Notes under the pieces: generated by a model
Database searches by the model: none
What the model saw: only the letters and a program-made list of their open reading frames with translations
Told to the model about the DNA's origin: nothing
In this document: positions 39,523 through 50,500 of the stretch, in pieces
Numbering within the stretch: position 1 is the stretch's first letter
Layout of the letters: each line of letters begins with the position of its first letter
Program-made: the position numbers and the translations under genes
Assembly: GCA_030828405.1 (NCBI GenBank)
Contig: JAURCP010000006.1
Span: forward strand, 12,015-76,014
Origin: Thermoplasmatota archaeon
GTDB taxonomy: Archaea; Thermoplasmatota; Poseidoniia; Poseidoniales; Thalassarchaeaceae
Direction of reading: 5' to 3'
Length of the DNA: 64,000 nucleotides

Positions 39523-40410
39523 CTATTTTCCAAGCCATTTAGGTGATTCTCGATTTAAGAAAGCATTAACCCCTATTTCCTTATCTTCGGTATCAAATAA
39601 TGCCACAAATTCTGATCTCTCCATCCGCACACCTTCGCTAAATGGGAGATCTAGTGAGGCTCGGACTGCACGTTTTGCAACTTTCGTAGTATAGGGGGAT
39701 TTCCTTGCAATATTTTCTGCTAACTTCATAGTAGTTTGTTTAAGCTGTTCAGGAGTAGTTACGGAATTTACTAAGCCATAAGAAAGCGCTTGTTCAGAAT
39801 CAATCATATCTCCAGTAAGTACCATTTCTAATGCTTTACCATATCCAATTAGTCTACATAATCTCTGAGTACCTCCACCTCCTGGAATCAATCCTAGATT
39901 TATTTCAGGCGTCCCAAATTTCGACCTATTAGAGGCTATTCTAATATCACAAGAAAGTGCTAATTCAGTACCTCCACCCAAAGCAAAACCATCAATCATT
40001 GCTATTGTTGGTTTAGACAGATTCCATACCCTTTCCCAAGCATTGTCTTCAAAGAAAGGCCTAACATCATCTGAATTTTTCCCTACAAATTCAGAGATAT
40101 CTGCACCTGCTGCAAAAGAAAATGGTTTTGATTTACGGCCTTCAAGAGGAGAATTTGGAGGAGCACCAGAGATTACTATTACTCTAATTAAATCGTTTGA
40201 TTCAGCTATTTCACATGCTTCTTTCAAGGATTTATGAGAATCAGAATTTAATGAATTTAGTTTATCTGGACGATTTAACGTCCAAATTGATATTAGCCCC
40301 CCATCTGGAAATGTATCTTCAACTGGAATATTTTCGATTAGTAGGATATCATCGTTCATGCATTGTCGAAGAGGAATGAATGTTTGAAAGTACGGTTGGC
40401 TCAATTTCAT
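39523..40410 (-). CDS. Enoyl-CoA hydratase (PaaF-like)
   Basis: AAGADI, GGGTE, PEINLG; start probably MNDD. Confidence 0.9.
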   Translation of the reverse strand: MKLSQPYFQTFIPLRQCMNDDILLIENIPVEDTFPDGGLISIWTLNRPDKLNSLNSDSHKSLKEACEIAESNDLIRVIVISGAPPNSPLEGRKSKPFSFAAGADISEFVGKNSDDVRPFFEDNAWERVWNLSKPTIAMIDGFALGGGTELALSCDIRIASNRSKFGTPEINLGLIPGGGGTQRLCRLIGYGKALEMVLTGDMIDSEQALSYGLVNSVTTPEQLKQTTMKLAENIARKSPYTTKVAKRAVRASLDLPFSEGVRMERSEFVALFDTEDKEIGVNAFLNRESPKWLGK

Positions 40411-41408
40411 TCTTTTTCTAGATGAGGCGGCGGCATAGGGGGAAGCCCAGGTGGAGGAGGCATTGGGGGAAGCCCAGGTGGAGGAGGCATAGGAGGAAGC
40501 CCTTGAGGGAATTGAATATCAGTATCTACAACCAATGTATCTGTTTTTGTTTGCCCTTTTTCTTTTTTCTTACTTTCGACTACTAAAGGGATGGTTAGTT
40601 TTAAAATTCTATCATTATCAATTCTAACATAAGATACTCCAAGAGGTTTACTATCATCATATTCTTCAGATTCTTCTAATATTGTAAGTCCATGATTTGG
40701 ATCATTCAATAAAGTGGCGAGATCTTCACCATCTTCTACTTCAGTCCATAAACGAGCTTTTGCTGCCCTTCTTTCTGCTAAGGCCATTCTTCTCTTCCTT
40801 TCTAATGTTGAACGAATTTCTGCTTGTCTAGATCTACGTTGATCAACAAAATTTTCTATTTCCGATTCCATTTCAGATTGAGCATCGGATGTGATGACCA
40901 ATTTTTTAGCAAGTTTAGTACCTTCAACCGCTCCAACATTAATACCACCAAAATTAGGAAGGGGGGGTGATATTTCGGTCGCCTCTTCATTCATAGAGGT
41001 TGCCTCCGGTAGAGGTAAAGGTGGCAAAGGTGGTGGGACTATAGATGATTTTTTACGACTTCTTTGGAGTTTCTCTTCATTAAGGGAATTAACTGGTTCT
41101 TTTCTTTTTTCTAAATCTAATTCAACTTGAGTAATTATTGTGTTTTCGGATTTAGACTCAGTAATGATTTTCGGGGGGGCAGATATCAATTTTTGATTAC
41201 CAGTAAACATCAATATTGCTAGAATAGATAATAATACCACACCACCCGCTATTTGAGAAATAAAATCCAGTCTTCCTTGGAAAATAAGAAACAAGCAAGA
41301 ACCAAATATGAATGAGAACCAACCAGTTATTCTCATCAAGGAAGGCATAATATCGTCTCTGGGAGTGGGGGCCCTATCTTCACTTTGACGGAAGGCTGAG
41401 TTTATCAT
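40407..41408 (-). CDS. Membrane protein with proline-rich segments
   Basis: Two N-terminal TM helices, coiled-coil-like region, C-terminal (GLPPMPPPP)x3; real start probably MPSL. Confidence 0.7.
   Translation of the reverse strand: MINSAFRQSEDRAPTPRDDIMPSLMRITGWFSFIFGSCLFLIFQGRLDFISQIAGGVVLLSILAILMFTGNQKLISAPPKIITESKSENTIITQVELDLEKRKEPVNSLNEEKLQRSRKKSSIVPPPLPPLPLPEATSMNEEATEISPPLPNFGGINVGAVEGTKLAKKLVITSDAQSEMESEIENFVDQRRSRQAEIRSTLERKRRMALAERRAAKARLWTEVEDGEDLATLLNDPNHGLTILEESEEYDDSKPLGVSYVRIDNDRILKLTIPLVVESKKKEKGQTKTDTLVVDTDIQFPQGLPPMPPPPGLPPMPPPPGLPPMPPPHLEKE
40425..40502 (-). repeat. 27-bp coding tandem repeat (GLPPMPPPP x3)
   Basis: GGAAGCCCAGGTGGAGGAGGCAT unit repeated on the + strand. 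Confidence 0.85.
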
Positions 41409-41973
41409 AAAGAATCCTTAGAGACTCTCCACGATGAGAATTAGATTCCTTTTCATAATCCTGCATCTCTCCAAAAGTACGGCCGTCACCAGAATCTGGA
41501 ATGAATATTGGGTCATAACCAAAGCCATTTGAGCCTTTTATTTCAGTTGATATACTGCCTAGACATTTTCCTAATGCACGAAAATATACACCATCTCTAT
41601 ACAAAATCGAACAAGCACGATATTCTGCATTACGATTCGATTCATTCTCAAGAAGTTTTATTATTCCTTGATTACCCAAAGTTCTAAAAAAATAAGAGGA
41701 ATAAACACCAGGGAAATCATTCAGAGATTCGATAAATAAACCAGAATCTTCTACTAGCAAAGCATGGTTCTCAAAATTAGTACCTGAGATTAACTCCAAA
41801 GCCTGCTGAATTTTAAATTCAGATACAATTTCTATTTTTGAGGATTGAGGTTCAATAATTTTTGGGGCTAAGCCATTGATGAGAAACTGTTCAATTTCAT
41901 AACCTAACTCGGATAAAGTCTGATTCGCCTCAATAACTTTATTTTCGTTACTGGTCAGAAATAGTACTTTCAT
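41380..41973 (-). CDS. rdgB: Non-canonical purine NTP pyrophosphatase (Ham1/RdgB)
   Basis: TSNENK, EDSGL, FPGVYS, GFGYDPIF, SHR. Confidence 0.93.
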   Translation of the reverse strand: MKVLFLTSNENKVIEANQTLSELGYEIEQFLINGLAPKIIEPQSSKIEIVSEFKIQQALELISGTNFENHALLVEDSGLFIESLNDFPGVYSSYFFRTLGNQGIIKLLENESNRNAEYRACSILYRDGVYFRALGKCLGSISTEIKGSNGFGYDPIFIPDSGDGRTFGEMQDYEKESNSHRGESLRILYDKLSLPSK

Positions 41974-41989
41974 AATAATCACTAACTTT

Positions 41990-42652
41990 CTAGGCATGGT
42001 ACCTTACTCGTCCTCTAATTGAATTAAATCTTTCAATAACATCTGGCCCTGATGGAGCAATATTATCAGAAGAATTGGACAGATAGCCATCAATCATTGA
42101 TTCGATCGCGCTATTTTCTTCATAATGGCTTGCATTAAGGCATTCATGTAGAACTTGTAGATCGAGACCTAAATGTTCTATTTCAGGTGAAATTTTAGAA
42201 AGCCCGAAATCAATTAAAGTTAATTCTCCGTCATCATTTATTATGACATTGTGTGTAGTCAAATCTCCATGAGATATTCCCAATTCATGTAATTGGCGTA
42301 TTAAGCCACCGAATTTCTTAATCTGTTCAAAATTAGATTCACCATTTAACAAAGATTCATACAAAGTTACACCTTCTACTTCCGATAAAATAATCCAACC
42401 TTCATCTATATCTACGTCAAATAGCGAGGGTGATGGAACTGTAGTAGAATGCAATTTTCTTAATACCCTGACTTCTACTGAAAGTCTTTGACGTGTTAAT
42501 CGCCTATCTAAATCTGGGTGACGATATGAGCGACGATTGCGTTTTTTGAAGATAGCTTTCTCCCCCATCCAATACCCTGAAAATACGGTTGCTTCGGCAC
42601 CTTGATGAATCATTTTTGAAGGCTTCCACAACGGCACCGACTCAACACCCAT
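41990..42652 (-). CDS. bud32: KEOPS kinase Bud32
   Basis: QGAEA, YRHPDLD, HGDLTTHN, IDFGL, RGRVRY; start approximate. Confidence 0.9.
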   Translation of the reverse strand: MGVESVPLWKPSKMIHQGAEATVFSGYWMGEKAIFKKRNRRSYRHPDLDRRLTRQRLSVEVRVLRKLHSTTVPSPSLFDVDIDEGWIILSEVEGVTLYESLLNGESNFEQIKKFGGLIRQLHELGISHGDLTTHNVIINDDGELTLIDFGLSKISPEIEHLGLDLQVLHECLNASHYEENSAIESMIDGYLSNSSDNIAPSGPDVIERFNSIRGRVRYHA

Positions 42653-42710
42653 GTGTACCGGAGATGACATACCTTGAAAGAGGTTAAACCTGACCAATGA
42701 GTGAAATCAC

Positions 42711-43799
42711 ATGTCTATGGACCTACCGGCAGCACCTAAATCTCAGGGAAAAGTGATTCCTAAGATATATTCCCAAGAGAAAATCGAAGAAGAAGCGGAG
42801 AGGCTAATCAACGCAATAAAGCAGCCTGAGAGATGGACACTTGAACACTGTAAGACAATAGCCGCATATACTTTAGAGATTAATGAACTTAAAAAAGAAA
42901 AAGATGTTTATCTTATAGCTCATTCATATCAAACACCGGACATCATTTATGGAGTAGCCGACGAAGTTTCAGATAGTTATTCACTGTCTAAATCTGCTAG
43001 GGACGCTAAACAACAGATTATTCTTTTTTCTAGTGTTAGATTTATGGCTGAAACTGCGAAAATACTCAGTCCGAATAAATTAGTTATACATCCCTCGCCA
43101 GAAGCAGGATGCTCATTATCGGAAAGTATTACTGCAAAAGATGTGAGAAAATTAAGGAAAAAATATCCTGGAGTTCCTGTGGCTTGCTATATCAATACCA
43201 CAGCTGAAGTAAAGGCCGAAGTAGATGTATGCGTTACAAGTAGTAATTATCTAAAAATATGTGAAAATTTACCAGGAGAAAAATTAATTTTTGTTCCAGA
43301 TAAATTTATGGGTGAGCACTTGCAAAAGTCATTAGTTGGAAAGAAAGATGTCATCATTTATGATGGTGTATGTGAAGTTCATGCATTATTTACTGGTGAG
43401 AAGATTCTATCGTGGAGAGAAAGAGCGAATGAGGCAGGGATTGATCTTCAGGTGCTAAGTCATCCTGAATGTTCAGCAGATGTTCTAGAAGAGAGTGATT
43501 TCATAGGTAGTAGTGAAGTACTGATAAAAGAATCTATTAAATTGGGGAAAGAAGGGAAAAATAATATTATGTTAATTACTGAATGTGGGACTGCTGATAG
43601 AGTGTTAGCGGAAACTAATGATGAAATGAATATTATTGGAGCCTGCGTAATGTGCAGACACATGAAGACCACTCTATTGGAAGATATACTCCAATCATTG
43701 AGAGACCCGAGAGAGGAACAAATAATTAACTTAGAACAAGAAGTTATTGAAAAGGCAAGACACTCTCTAGAAGAAATGTTTAGATATGCTGAAATTTAA
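42711..43799 (+). CDS. nadA: Quinolinate synthase
   Basis: AHSYQ, FMAETAK, AGCSL, YINT, CEVH, HPEC, CRHMK. Confidence 0.93.
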   Translation: MSMDLPAAPKSQGKVIPKIYSQEKIEEEAERLINAIKQPERWTLEHCKTIAAYTLEINELKKEKDVYLIAHSYQTPDIIYGVADEVSDSYSLSKSARDAKQQIILFSSVRFMAETAKILSPNKLVIHPSPEAGCSLSESITAKDVRKLRKKYPGVPVACYINTTAEVKAEVDVCVTSSNYLKICENLPGEKLIFVPDKFMGEHLQKSLVGKKDVIIYDGVCEVHALFTGEKILSWRERANEAGIDLQVLSHPECSADVLEESDFIGSSEVLIKESIKLGKEGKNNIMLITECGTADRVLAETNDEMNIIGACVMCRHMKTTLLEDILQSLRDPREEQIINLEQEVIEKARHSLEEMFRYAEI

Positions 43800-45889
43800 T
43801 TACTAATTCTTTTCTCAATAGCAGACTGATGAGATAGGAGCAGCAGTAATGGAATTAGCATCAATATTGCTGATTGTAAGACAACAGAGGAATACTCTTC
43901 GAAAGTTTTCTCTAATGAATAAATGACTAAGGTTGAATCGCCATTTTCACTAATTTCAATCCATGTTACACCATTATCAAGCACATGAGGATTTTCTTGA
44001 TCTAAATCATCAAGGGTTATTTGGACACGTTCATTATTATCTTCAACATTCCAAATGAAAACATCTCTATTGAAATTTTCAGGTTCAAGATTGACGGTAG
44101 GGGAAGTGATTGGTCGCTGTAGAAAAGCGATATAATTGCCTTCGATACTAGGGGATTCTGATGGCCATAAAGGATTGGAAATCATCTCTTGATTACCGGT
44201 CAAAGCATCTACTAGTATTAAGCGATTGAGTGGACCAACATCAACTAAAACAACTACTAAATTACCTTCCATTTCGATATCTATAATTGTTGAGTTATTA
44301 TAATCAACAGGTATTTCATAGAATTGAGCGAGGTATGCGTCATTCAATTCATTTGAGAAGTTTTCAATCAATATATTAATCTCAATTCCTGGATTAAATG
44401 GCGAAGTGACATTAATAATAGGTCCGTTCACGGTATTATATGCAGAAGCGAACAATTGGCCGGCTCCTTCTATTGCGGTTAAACCTTCAATATAATTTGA
44501 GGAAAGCAATTGATTATTAATAGTATTATAAATTTCCATTGTATTGTTCTTAACTATAACTAAACAAGGTTGTCCCTGATTATTCTCAATAATAGAAACT
44601 CTGTCTAATTTATCTTCATTAATTAGACTAAATATCGGCTCAAAAACTTCAACTGAAGAGTTATTTAATTGAAAAAAATCTAATTTAAAATCGTTGAAAA
44701 GTACGAGATTATTATTTGATAATTCAATTTGAGGTGGAGAAAACCAATCATTTCCTTCAATAATCGCTGCCTTCTGAGTACTTACATTCCATAACTTGAT
44801 TGTTATTTCATCATCTATATCTTCAACTCCAACCACCCACCCTTCTGAACCCGCAGCATCGGTAGGATTAACTCCTTCAATTGGAAAATCTTGATGGGTT
44901 GCGTCCCATAATAATACACCACTGGTCAAGATTAATACTACAGCGATAAACGCTTTTGTCTGGCTAGAACTTGGCCGTTGAATGGGATGAAATAACTCCT
45001 TGATAATTACCCAAGACTCAGAAAGCCATTTCTTAGGGTCATCAATTGCACGAGCTAATCTTCTTGAAAATAATCTTTCATCAGCGAATTGCCAAATTGG
45101 CGTATGTGTTTTGGCTGTAATCTCTACTGCAATCATTGCGACAATAATCCCGCCAATTATATCAGTGACCCAATGAATACCAAGATAAAGGATTGTAAAT
45201 GCTGTTATTACAATAAATAAAAGTAGTAATTTCCTATATCTTAACCATCTTTCATCTGAGTCCCATCTTTCCATAGTTAACCATATAGCGAAGGGCAAGC
45301 CGATATGTAAACTTGGCATACCATTTGTAAACGGATCAATCTGTATGAACCAATTATGAATTTCGGGAGTTAAATCATAAGCTATTGTTTCCATTTGCGG
45401 GATATAGTTTCCAGTTACTCTAACATTAAAAAATAGATAGAACGGAATAGCTAGAATATATACCCAAAACATCGATAATGAAACTCTATCTGCCATATAT
45501 CTGTCATCAAAGAAAATTGGGTATATGAAAGAAGAGAATGTCACAGCCATGAACCCCATGACATAGAAGTGAGTTAAACCAAAAGATAGTAAAGAATTAT
45601 TCAATGAATCTTGTATCCACCAAACAATATCTCCTTCTATCGCATAAATGTAAGGAGTCATGTCAAGCTGAGTGTTGGCCATTAGAATTCTATCTAATTG
45701 ATCTAGTATATCCTTCCACAAATAAACTGAAAAAACAACTATCATATGAGCCCAATATCGTCTGAACATATCGATAAAACTGGAGATACGAATTTTAGCG
45801 TAATCTGGCTTAAAAAATGGCATTAAAGAAATACTAATTATGATTGCTCCAGTAATCCAAGTAAGGTAAATACCACTCGCCACTGCCAT
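43796..45889 (-). CDS. PAP2/Aur1-Ipt1-like membrane phosphotransferase fused to a large extracellular beta-rich domain
   Basis: MPSLH and LGIHWVTD motifs; long acidic beta-rich region; C-terminal TM. Confidence 0.78.
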   Translation of the reverse strand: MAVASGIYLTWITGAIIISISLMPFFKPDYAKIRISSFIDMFRRYWAHMIVVFSVYLWKDILDQLDRILMANTQLDMTPYIYAIEGDIVWWIQDSLNNSLLSFGLTHFYVMGFMAVTFSSFIYPIFFDDRYMADRVSLSMFWVYILAIPFYLFFNVRVTGNYIPQMETIAYDLTPEIHNWFIQIDPFTNGMPSLHIGLPFAIWLTMERWDSDERWLRYRKLLLLFIVITAFTILYLGIHWVTDIIGGIIVAMIAVEITAKTHTPIWQFADERLFSRRLARAIDDPKKWLSESWVIIKELFHPIQRPSSSQTKAFIAVVLILTSGVLLWDATHQDFPIEGVNPTDAAGSEGWVVGVEDIDDEITIKLWNVSTQKAAIIEGNDWFSPPQIELSNNNLVLFNDFKLDFFQLNNSSVEVFEPIFSLINEDKLDRVSIIENNQGQPCLVIVKNNTMEIYNTINNQLLSSNYIEGLTAIEGAGQLFASAYNTVNGPIINVTSPFNPGIEINILIENFSNELNDAYLAQFYEIPVDYNNSTIIDIEMEGNLVVVLVDVGPLNRLILVDALTGNQEMISNPLWPSESPSIEGNYIAFLQRPITSPTVNLEPENFNRDVFIWNVEDNNERVQITLDDLDQENPHVLDNGVTWIEISENGDSTLVIYSLEKTFEEYSSVVLQSAILMLIPLLLLLSHQSAIEKRISN

Positions 45890-45951
45890 ATTACCAATAT
45901 GACTCGGGAAGACTATACATCAAGAAACTGACCCTTCTATGAAATGATGAT

Positions 45952-46965
45952 TTATGATATTCGAACCGTAGGACTGCTTGGAAGTTCCAATGTTTCAACC
46001 ACTTTTTCAACGATTTTATCAAAGGCCTCCGCAGTTGCACCATCAGGTTCTGCTAATATGCGATGAACTCCGTCATCTCCACCTCTGACTATACCTGGAT
46101 CGAAAGGAAGAGAACCGAGGAATGGAACAGAAAGATTTTCTGCAGCATCTGAGCCTCCTCCACTCTTGAATACATCTAGTGTAATTGACCAGTTTCCTTC
46201 GGAATCAGAAACTGTTTCAATCATATTACCACTTGGCCCCTTTATTGATACCTTAGTGTCTGAATCGGTAATACCATTAATTGTGTATCCACTCATATTC
46301 TCTACAACTCCGATTACAGGAATAGAAATAGTTTTAGCGAAATTGATTGATTTTCTACTATCTAATAATGCAACTTCTTGTGGCGTCGTTACGATGACCA
46401 CTCCGTCAATTGTTGGTAAACTTTGTGAAACAGTCAGTGGCTCATCGCTAGTCCCTGGAGGGAAATCGATTATCAAAGCATCAAGTTCACCCCACTCTAC
46501 GTCGCCAATAAATTGATTTATCGCACCTAATTTTATAGGGCCCCGCCAAATAACAGGTTTATCAGGATCTTCAATTAAAAATGCCATAGAAATTACCTTA
46601 ATTCCGTGGGAACCGATGGCCGGATGAATACGGCCATTCTCAACATGTAAATCTGAACCTTCTAAACCTAACATCTTTGGAACATTAGGGCCAGTAATAT
46701 CAATGTCCATTATTCCGACTTTCTTACCCATACGAGCTAGAGAAAGTGCCAATCCAGTAGCCACTGTTGATTTACCAACACCTCCTTTACCGGACAATAC
46801 CATAATCTTGTGTTTAATATCCTGATCTATTTTATTGATACGTAACTTCCTTTGCATCTGTTGGTAAGCTTGTTCCATCTGAGCTTTCTGTTCAGTTGAT
46901 GCTTCGGGTTTTTCTGTTTTCTGTTCTGATTTGCCATGATGATGACTAATCGGAGGTTCTGACAT
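45952..46965 (-). CDS. mrp: Mrp/NBP35 Fe-S carrier ATPase
   Basis: SGKGGVGKS, DIDITGP, WRGP, DFPPGTSD, VENMS. Confidence 0.92.
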   Translation of the reverse strand: MSEPPISHHHGKSEQKTEKPEASTEQKAQMEQAYQQMQRKLRINKIDQDIKHKIMVLSGKGGVGKSTVATGLALSLARMGKKVGIMDIDITGPNVPKMLGLEGSDLHVENGRIHPAIGSHGIKVISMAFLIEDPDKPVIWRGPIKLGAINQFIGDVEWGELDALIIDFPPGTSDEPLTVSQSLPTIDGVVIVTTPQEVALLDSRKSINFAKTISIPVIGVVENMSGYTINGITDSDTKVSIKGPSGNMIETVSDSEGNWSITLDVFKSGGGSDAAENLSVPFLGSLPFDPGIVRGGDDGVHRILAEPDGATAEAFDKIVEKVVETLELPSSPTVRIS

Positions 46966-47076
46966 AATTAATGCGCAGGCTAAACAATACTTCAACCCTA
47001 GTGAAGATTAATTTTACATTTAATATCAAGATACTATAGAGGTATATTTGATTACAGATAATCTCTAGGATGTTAT

Positions 47077-47454
47077 ATGAATATATTATTTGTCTGTGTT
47101 GGAAATACTTGTAGAAGCCAAATGGCTGAAGCTTTGGCCAAAAATATGGGATTTAAAGCACAATCAGCAGGAACAAAACCCGGAGAGAAAATAGCAGAAA
47201 ATGCAGTAAAAGTAATCAATGAACTTGGAATTGAAATGAAAAATCAATTTCCTAAATCTATCGATACAATAGAAACTAAAGGCTATGATGAAATAATCAG
47301 TATGGGATGTGGAGTTGAATGCCCCAATCTTCCAATTTCATATGATTGGGGGTTAGATGACCCAGTAGGTCATGATATCAATTTTTACAGAAATACTAGA
47401 GAAAAAATTCAATCTCTACTAGAAAAATTGTCTCAAACTCAGACCGACGCTTAG
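47077..47454 (+). CDS. LMW-PTP/arsenate reductase family protein
   Basis: CVGNTCRSQMAE, MGCG, WGLDDP. Confidence 0.9.
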   Translation: MNILFVCVGNTCRSQMAEALAKNMGFKAQSAGTKPGEKIAENAVKVINELGIEMKNQFPKSIDTIETKGYDEIISMGCGVECPNLPISYDWGLDDPVGHDINFYRNTREKIQSLLEKLSQTQTDA

Positions 47455-47483
47455 AAAAGTGACTCGGGTTTCCCAAAGTTCAC

Positions 47484-47558
47484 ACGAGTGTAGTGTAGTG
47501 GTTATCACCGGGCGTTGCCAACGCCTGAACCCGGGTTCAAATCCCGGCACTCGTACCA
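47484..47558 (+). tRNA. tRNA-Gly(GCC)
   Basis: ACGAGTG/CACTCGT acceptor, anticodon loop TTGCCAA, GGTTCAAATCC, encoded CCA. Confidence 0.95.
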
Positions 47559-47561
47559 TGA

Positions 47562-50500
47562 CTAATCGAAATCAGAATTACGTAATACCATTAAAATACC
47601 AGCAAATGATAAGCATAATACAATTAGTAAACCAATTATGATCAACACTGGTCTATTGTCTAGTATCCAGTTATCTGAAATAGATTCGTCAGTTTTATCT
47701 AGTTTAATTATTAAACTTTGTTCAGCCGAATCTGTTGTAGAAAGGAAGATATCAGTCCCTCTCACAAAAATTTCTATCTCGCCATTAGGCAAACTTGATC
47801 GGGCAAAAATCTCTAAAGAATATACTCCATCATTGGCGTTTTTATCAACACCAAGTCCATCATCTTTCATTAAAATCCAGTTATTTGACTCACCTATGGG
47901 TGCTAATCTACCCATTTTTACTTGAACAGAAGATAAACCATCGGGATCAATCATTACAATTTCCAGTACTTGAGAAATTGGATCACCGGATTGAGGTACT
48001 GATACTGTATCAGTAATATCGTTCCCTCTAACAATTGAATAATTAACAAAAGCAGGAGCCTCATTCTCTATAATCAAAATAGAACTTATTTCCTCCCCAT
48101 TTACAAAAGAATTAGTTATCAATCTAGAAGAATCATTTCCATCTGTCAATCTAATGGGAACCAACCTTTCGCCAGGAGCGATACTCGATGGAACCTGGAA
48201 TTGGCCCACCCAACTTGAGTCTATCAATGAAAGAGGTACTGATTCGCCACCAGCACTGATTAATTCTAATGAAACAGAGTTTACTCCGTGGCCATCATTT
48301 GCTGAAATTGATACATCCACCATATCTCCTCTTTTCACGACATTAGGTACAAAACTAATAGATGTCATTACTGGAGCAGGATTAAGGATATTAATTTCTG
48401 AAGAAAATAACACATTTTCCCAATAATCAATAATTTCTATTTCAACAGTTTTATTGCCAAAATCAAGACCATTTGCGATTATTAGTGAAGTCCAAACATC
48501 ATCATGAATAACACTGTCTCCAAATAATCCTCTATCCGATAATTCAACCTTACCCAATCCGAATTCTGACATGTCTACAGATACGGAGATGATATCATTA
48601 TCTATATCTTCAACAAAGATTTCGAGATGAGATTGACCACCTTCGGCATATAAAAATCCCTCTCTAAACTGAATTTTTTCTATTGACGGGGGAGTATTTT
48701 CTTCAGCAACAATTATTGAAGGTGAACGAATTTTATCTAAAACTTGAGTCTCATGAAAGTTGACTTGGCTATCCAATAGAGGTAAATTTATTGAACGATT
48801 AACATGATGAAATAATCCGGCCAATAAGCCTTCATTAATTACACTACCAGATGCTTCTGTATTTTCTCCGTAATCCCCAATCCAGTCGATTACGACAACA
48901 TTATGCCCATCAATATTTACTTCCCTAGTTTCTTGAACTACAATAGATAAAACAAGTTCTAAATTTCTAGATAAGATTATTTCATCTCCTGAAATCAGAA
49001 TCTCAGGAATCACGCCTGTTTCTTTCGTAATAGGTGATGATTCAAATGAGCTGGCGGCTGGCCTTTCAGGTTCTATTTGTATTGGAGACTGTTCGGGAAA
49101 ATAATCTGATTTCGAACCATTATCTTCAATATATTCATATCTAATCACAGGGTTTTCCCAGTAAGATTGAGGTACTATATATTCATATGTCAAATTATGT
49201 TCAGCATTTATTTCTTCGTCAACAATCATGAAAACTGAAGAAACATTCAGCCAATTTTCATTTCTAATTTTATTAACCTCAAAGTCATTACCAGTATAAT
49301 TCTTCTGAATAACCTTATCGTCGATAAATCGAATTATTCCAAATGAACCAGAAACATCTCCATCATATGTTCCATCTACTCTTAATGTGTCATGAAGAAT
49401 AAATCCATTTCTATCTTCGAAATGTAATTTTTCGATGGTCCCGTTAGTATAGATATATGGTGCTTCTTCAGAAATAAGGGCATTAAATTCTGCATTACCG
49501 ATATACTTCAAAAGGTGCTCTTCTTGAACTCCATTTATCCACAAATCTTTGTATCTGAACTCTTCTAACTCAAGATCAATGTTTCCGTCTGCAAATTCAA
49601 TAAAACTTGTAGCATCAGCTTCTAAATTTATATTTTGGTATTCGCGAATGCCATCTGAATCAAATGACTCGAAAAAGAATGATGAAATATCACCTGTTAT
49701 GAACATGGAATCATTGTCAGAATTTTCTAACAATTGTAATATGCCATATCCATCAATTAGCAAATGTTCAGTGTAGCTATCTTGTGATAATGTACGATTA
49801 TACATTGCTTCCGTTACATTAACTGAAATATCCAATCCGTCCTGAAAAGTGGATAAGTTTCCTTTGCCACTCATTTCAAACTCCTGCCCAACTAATTCTT
49901 CATCGTAATATGTCTGATTAAGCCAAACCTTATCTAAATCTAGTTCAATATCCATATTTTCAAAATTGGAAAGTTCAAAACTTCCAAATCCTAATTCGTT
50001 TGATACGAGGTTGGGGCCTATTCTTTGCTGCCACCCTCTGCCTTCAAAGAATAATTTAGAACTGGTTTCGGATGTACCCAATATATTGTTTTGCCATGTT
50101 CTATTACTAGTTATTTCATGGTCTGCTATTGGCTGATTCCAATTTGTTACTCTGATAAATCTACTACAAGATGCTTCTAAAGTCTCAACTGAAATCTCAA
50201 TTTCATCTTTGAAGATAGGCTCTTCTGGAAGAATAATATCAATTTCTCCACCTGCCACAACTATATTCGAATTAAATTCATCACCGATTGTTTGATTATC
50301 ACGTAGATGGTTTATCGATGTTTCAACTAGATGAGGAGTAGATCCATTTCCAAATGAAGGATAGAAGGTTACTACATATCGATGTGTTATAATAGAATCA
50401 TAGGTTGAAAAATTACTATCAATGTCTACACTTTCAACATATGTTACTCCCCAATCTGTAAGAATCTCGCATTCAATAGATTCATTTTCTTCTGCTGAAA

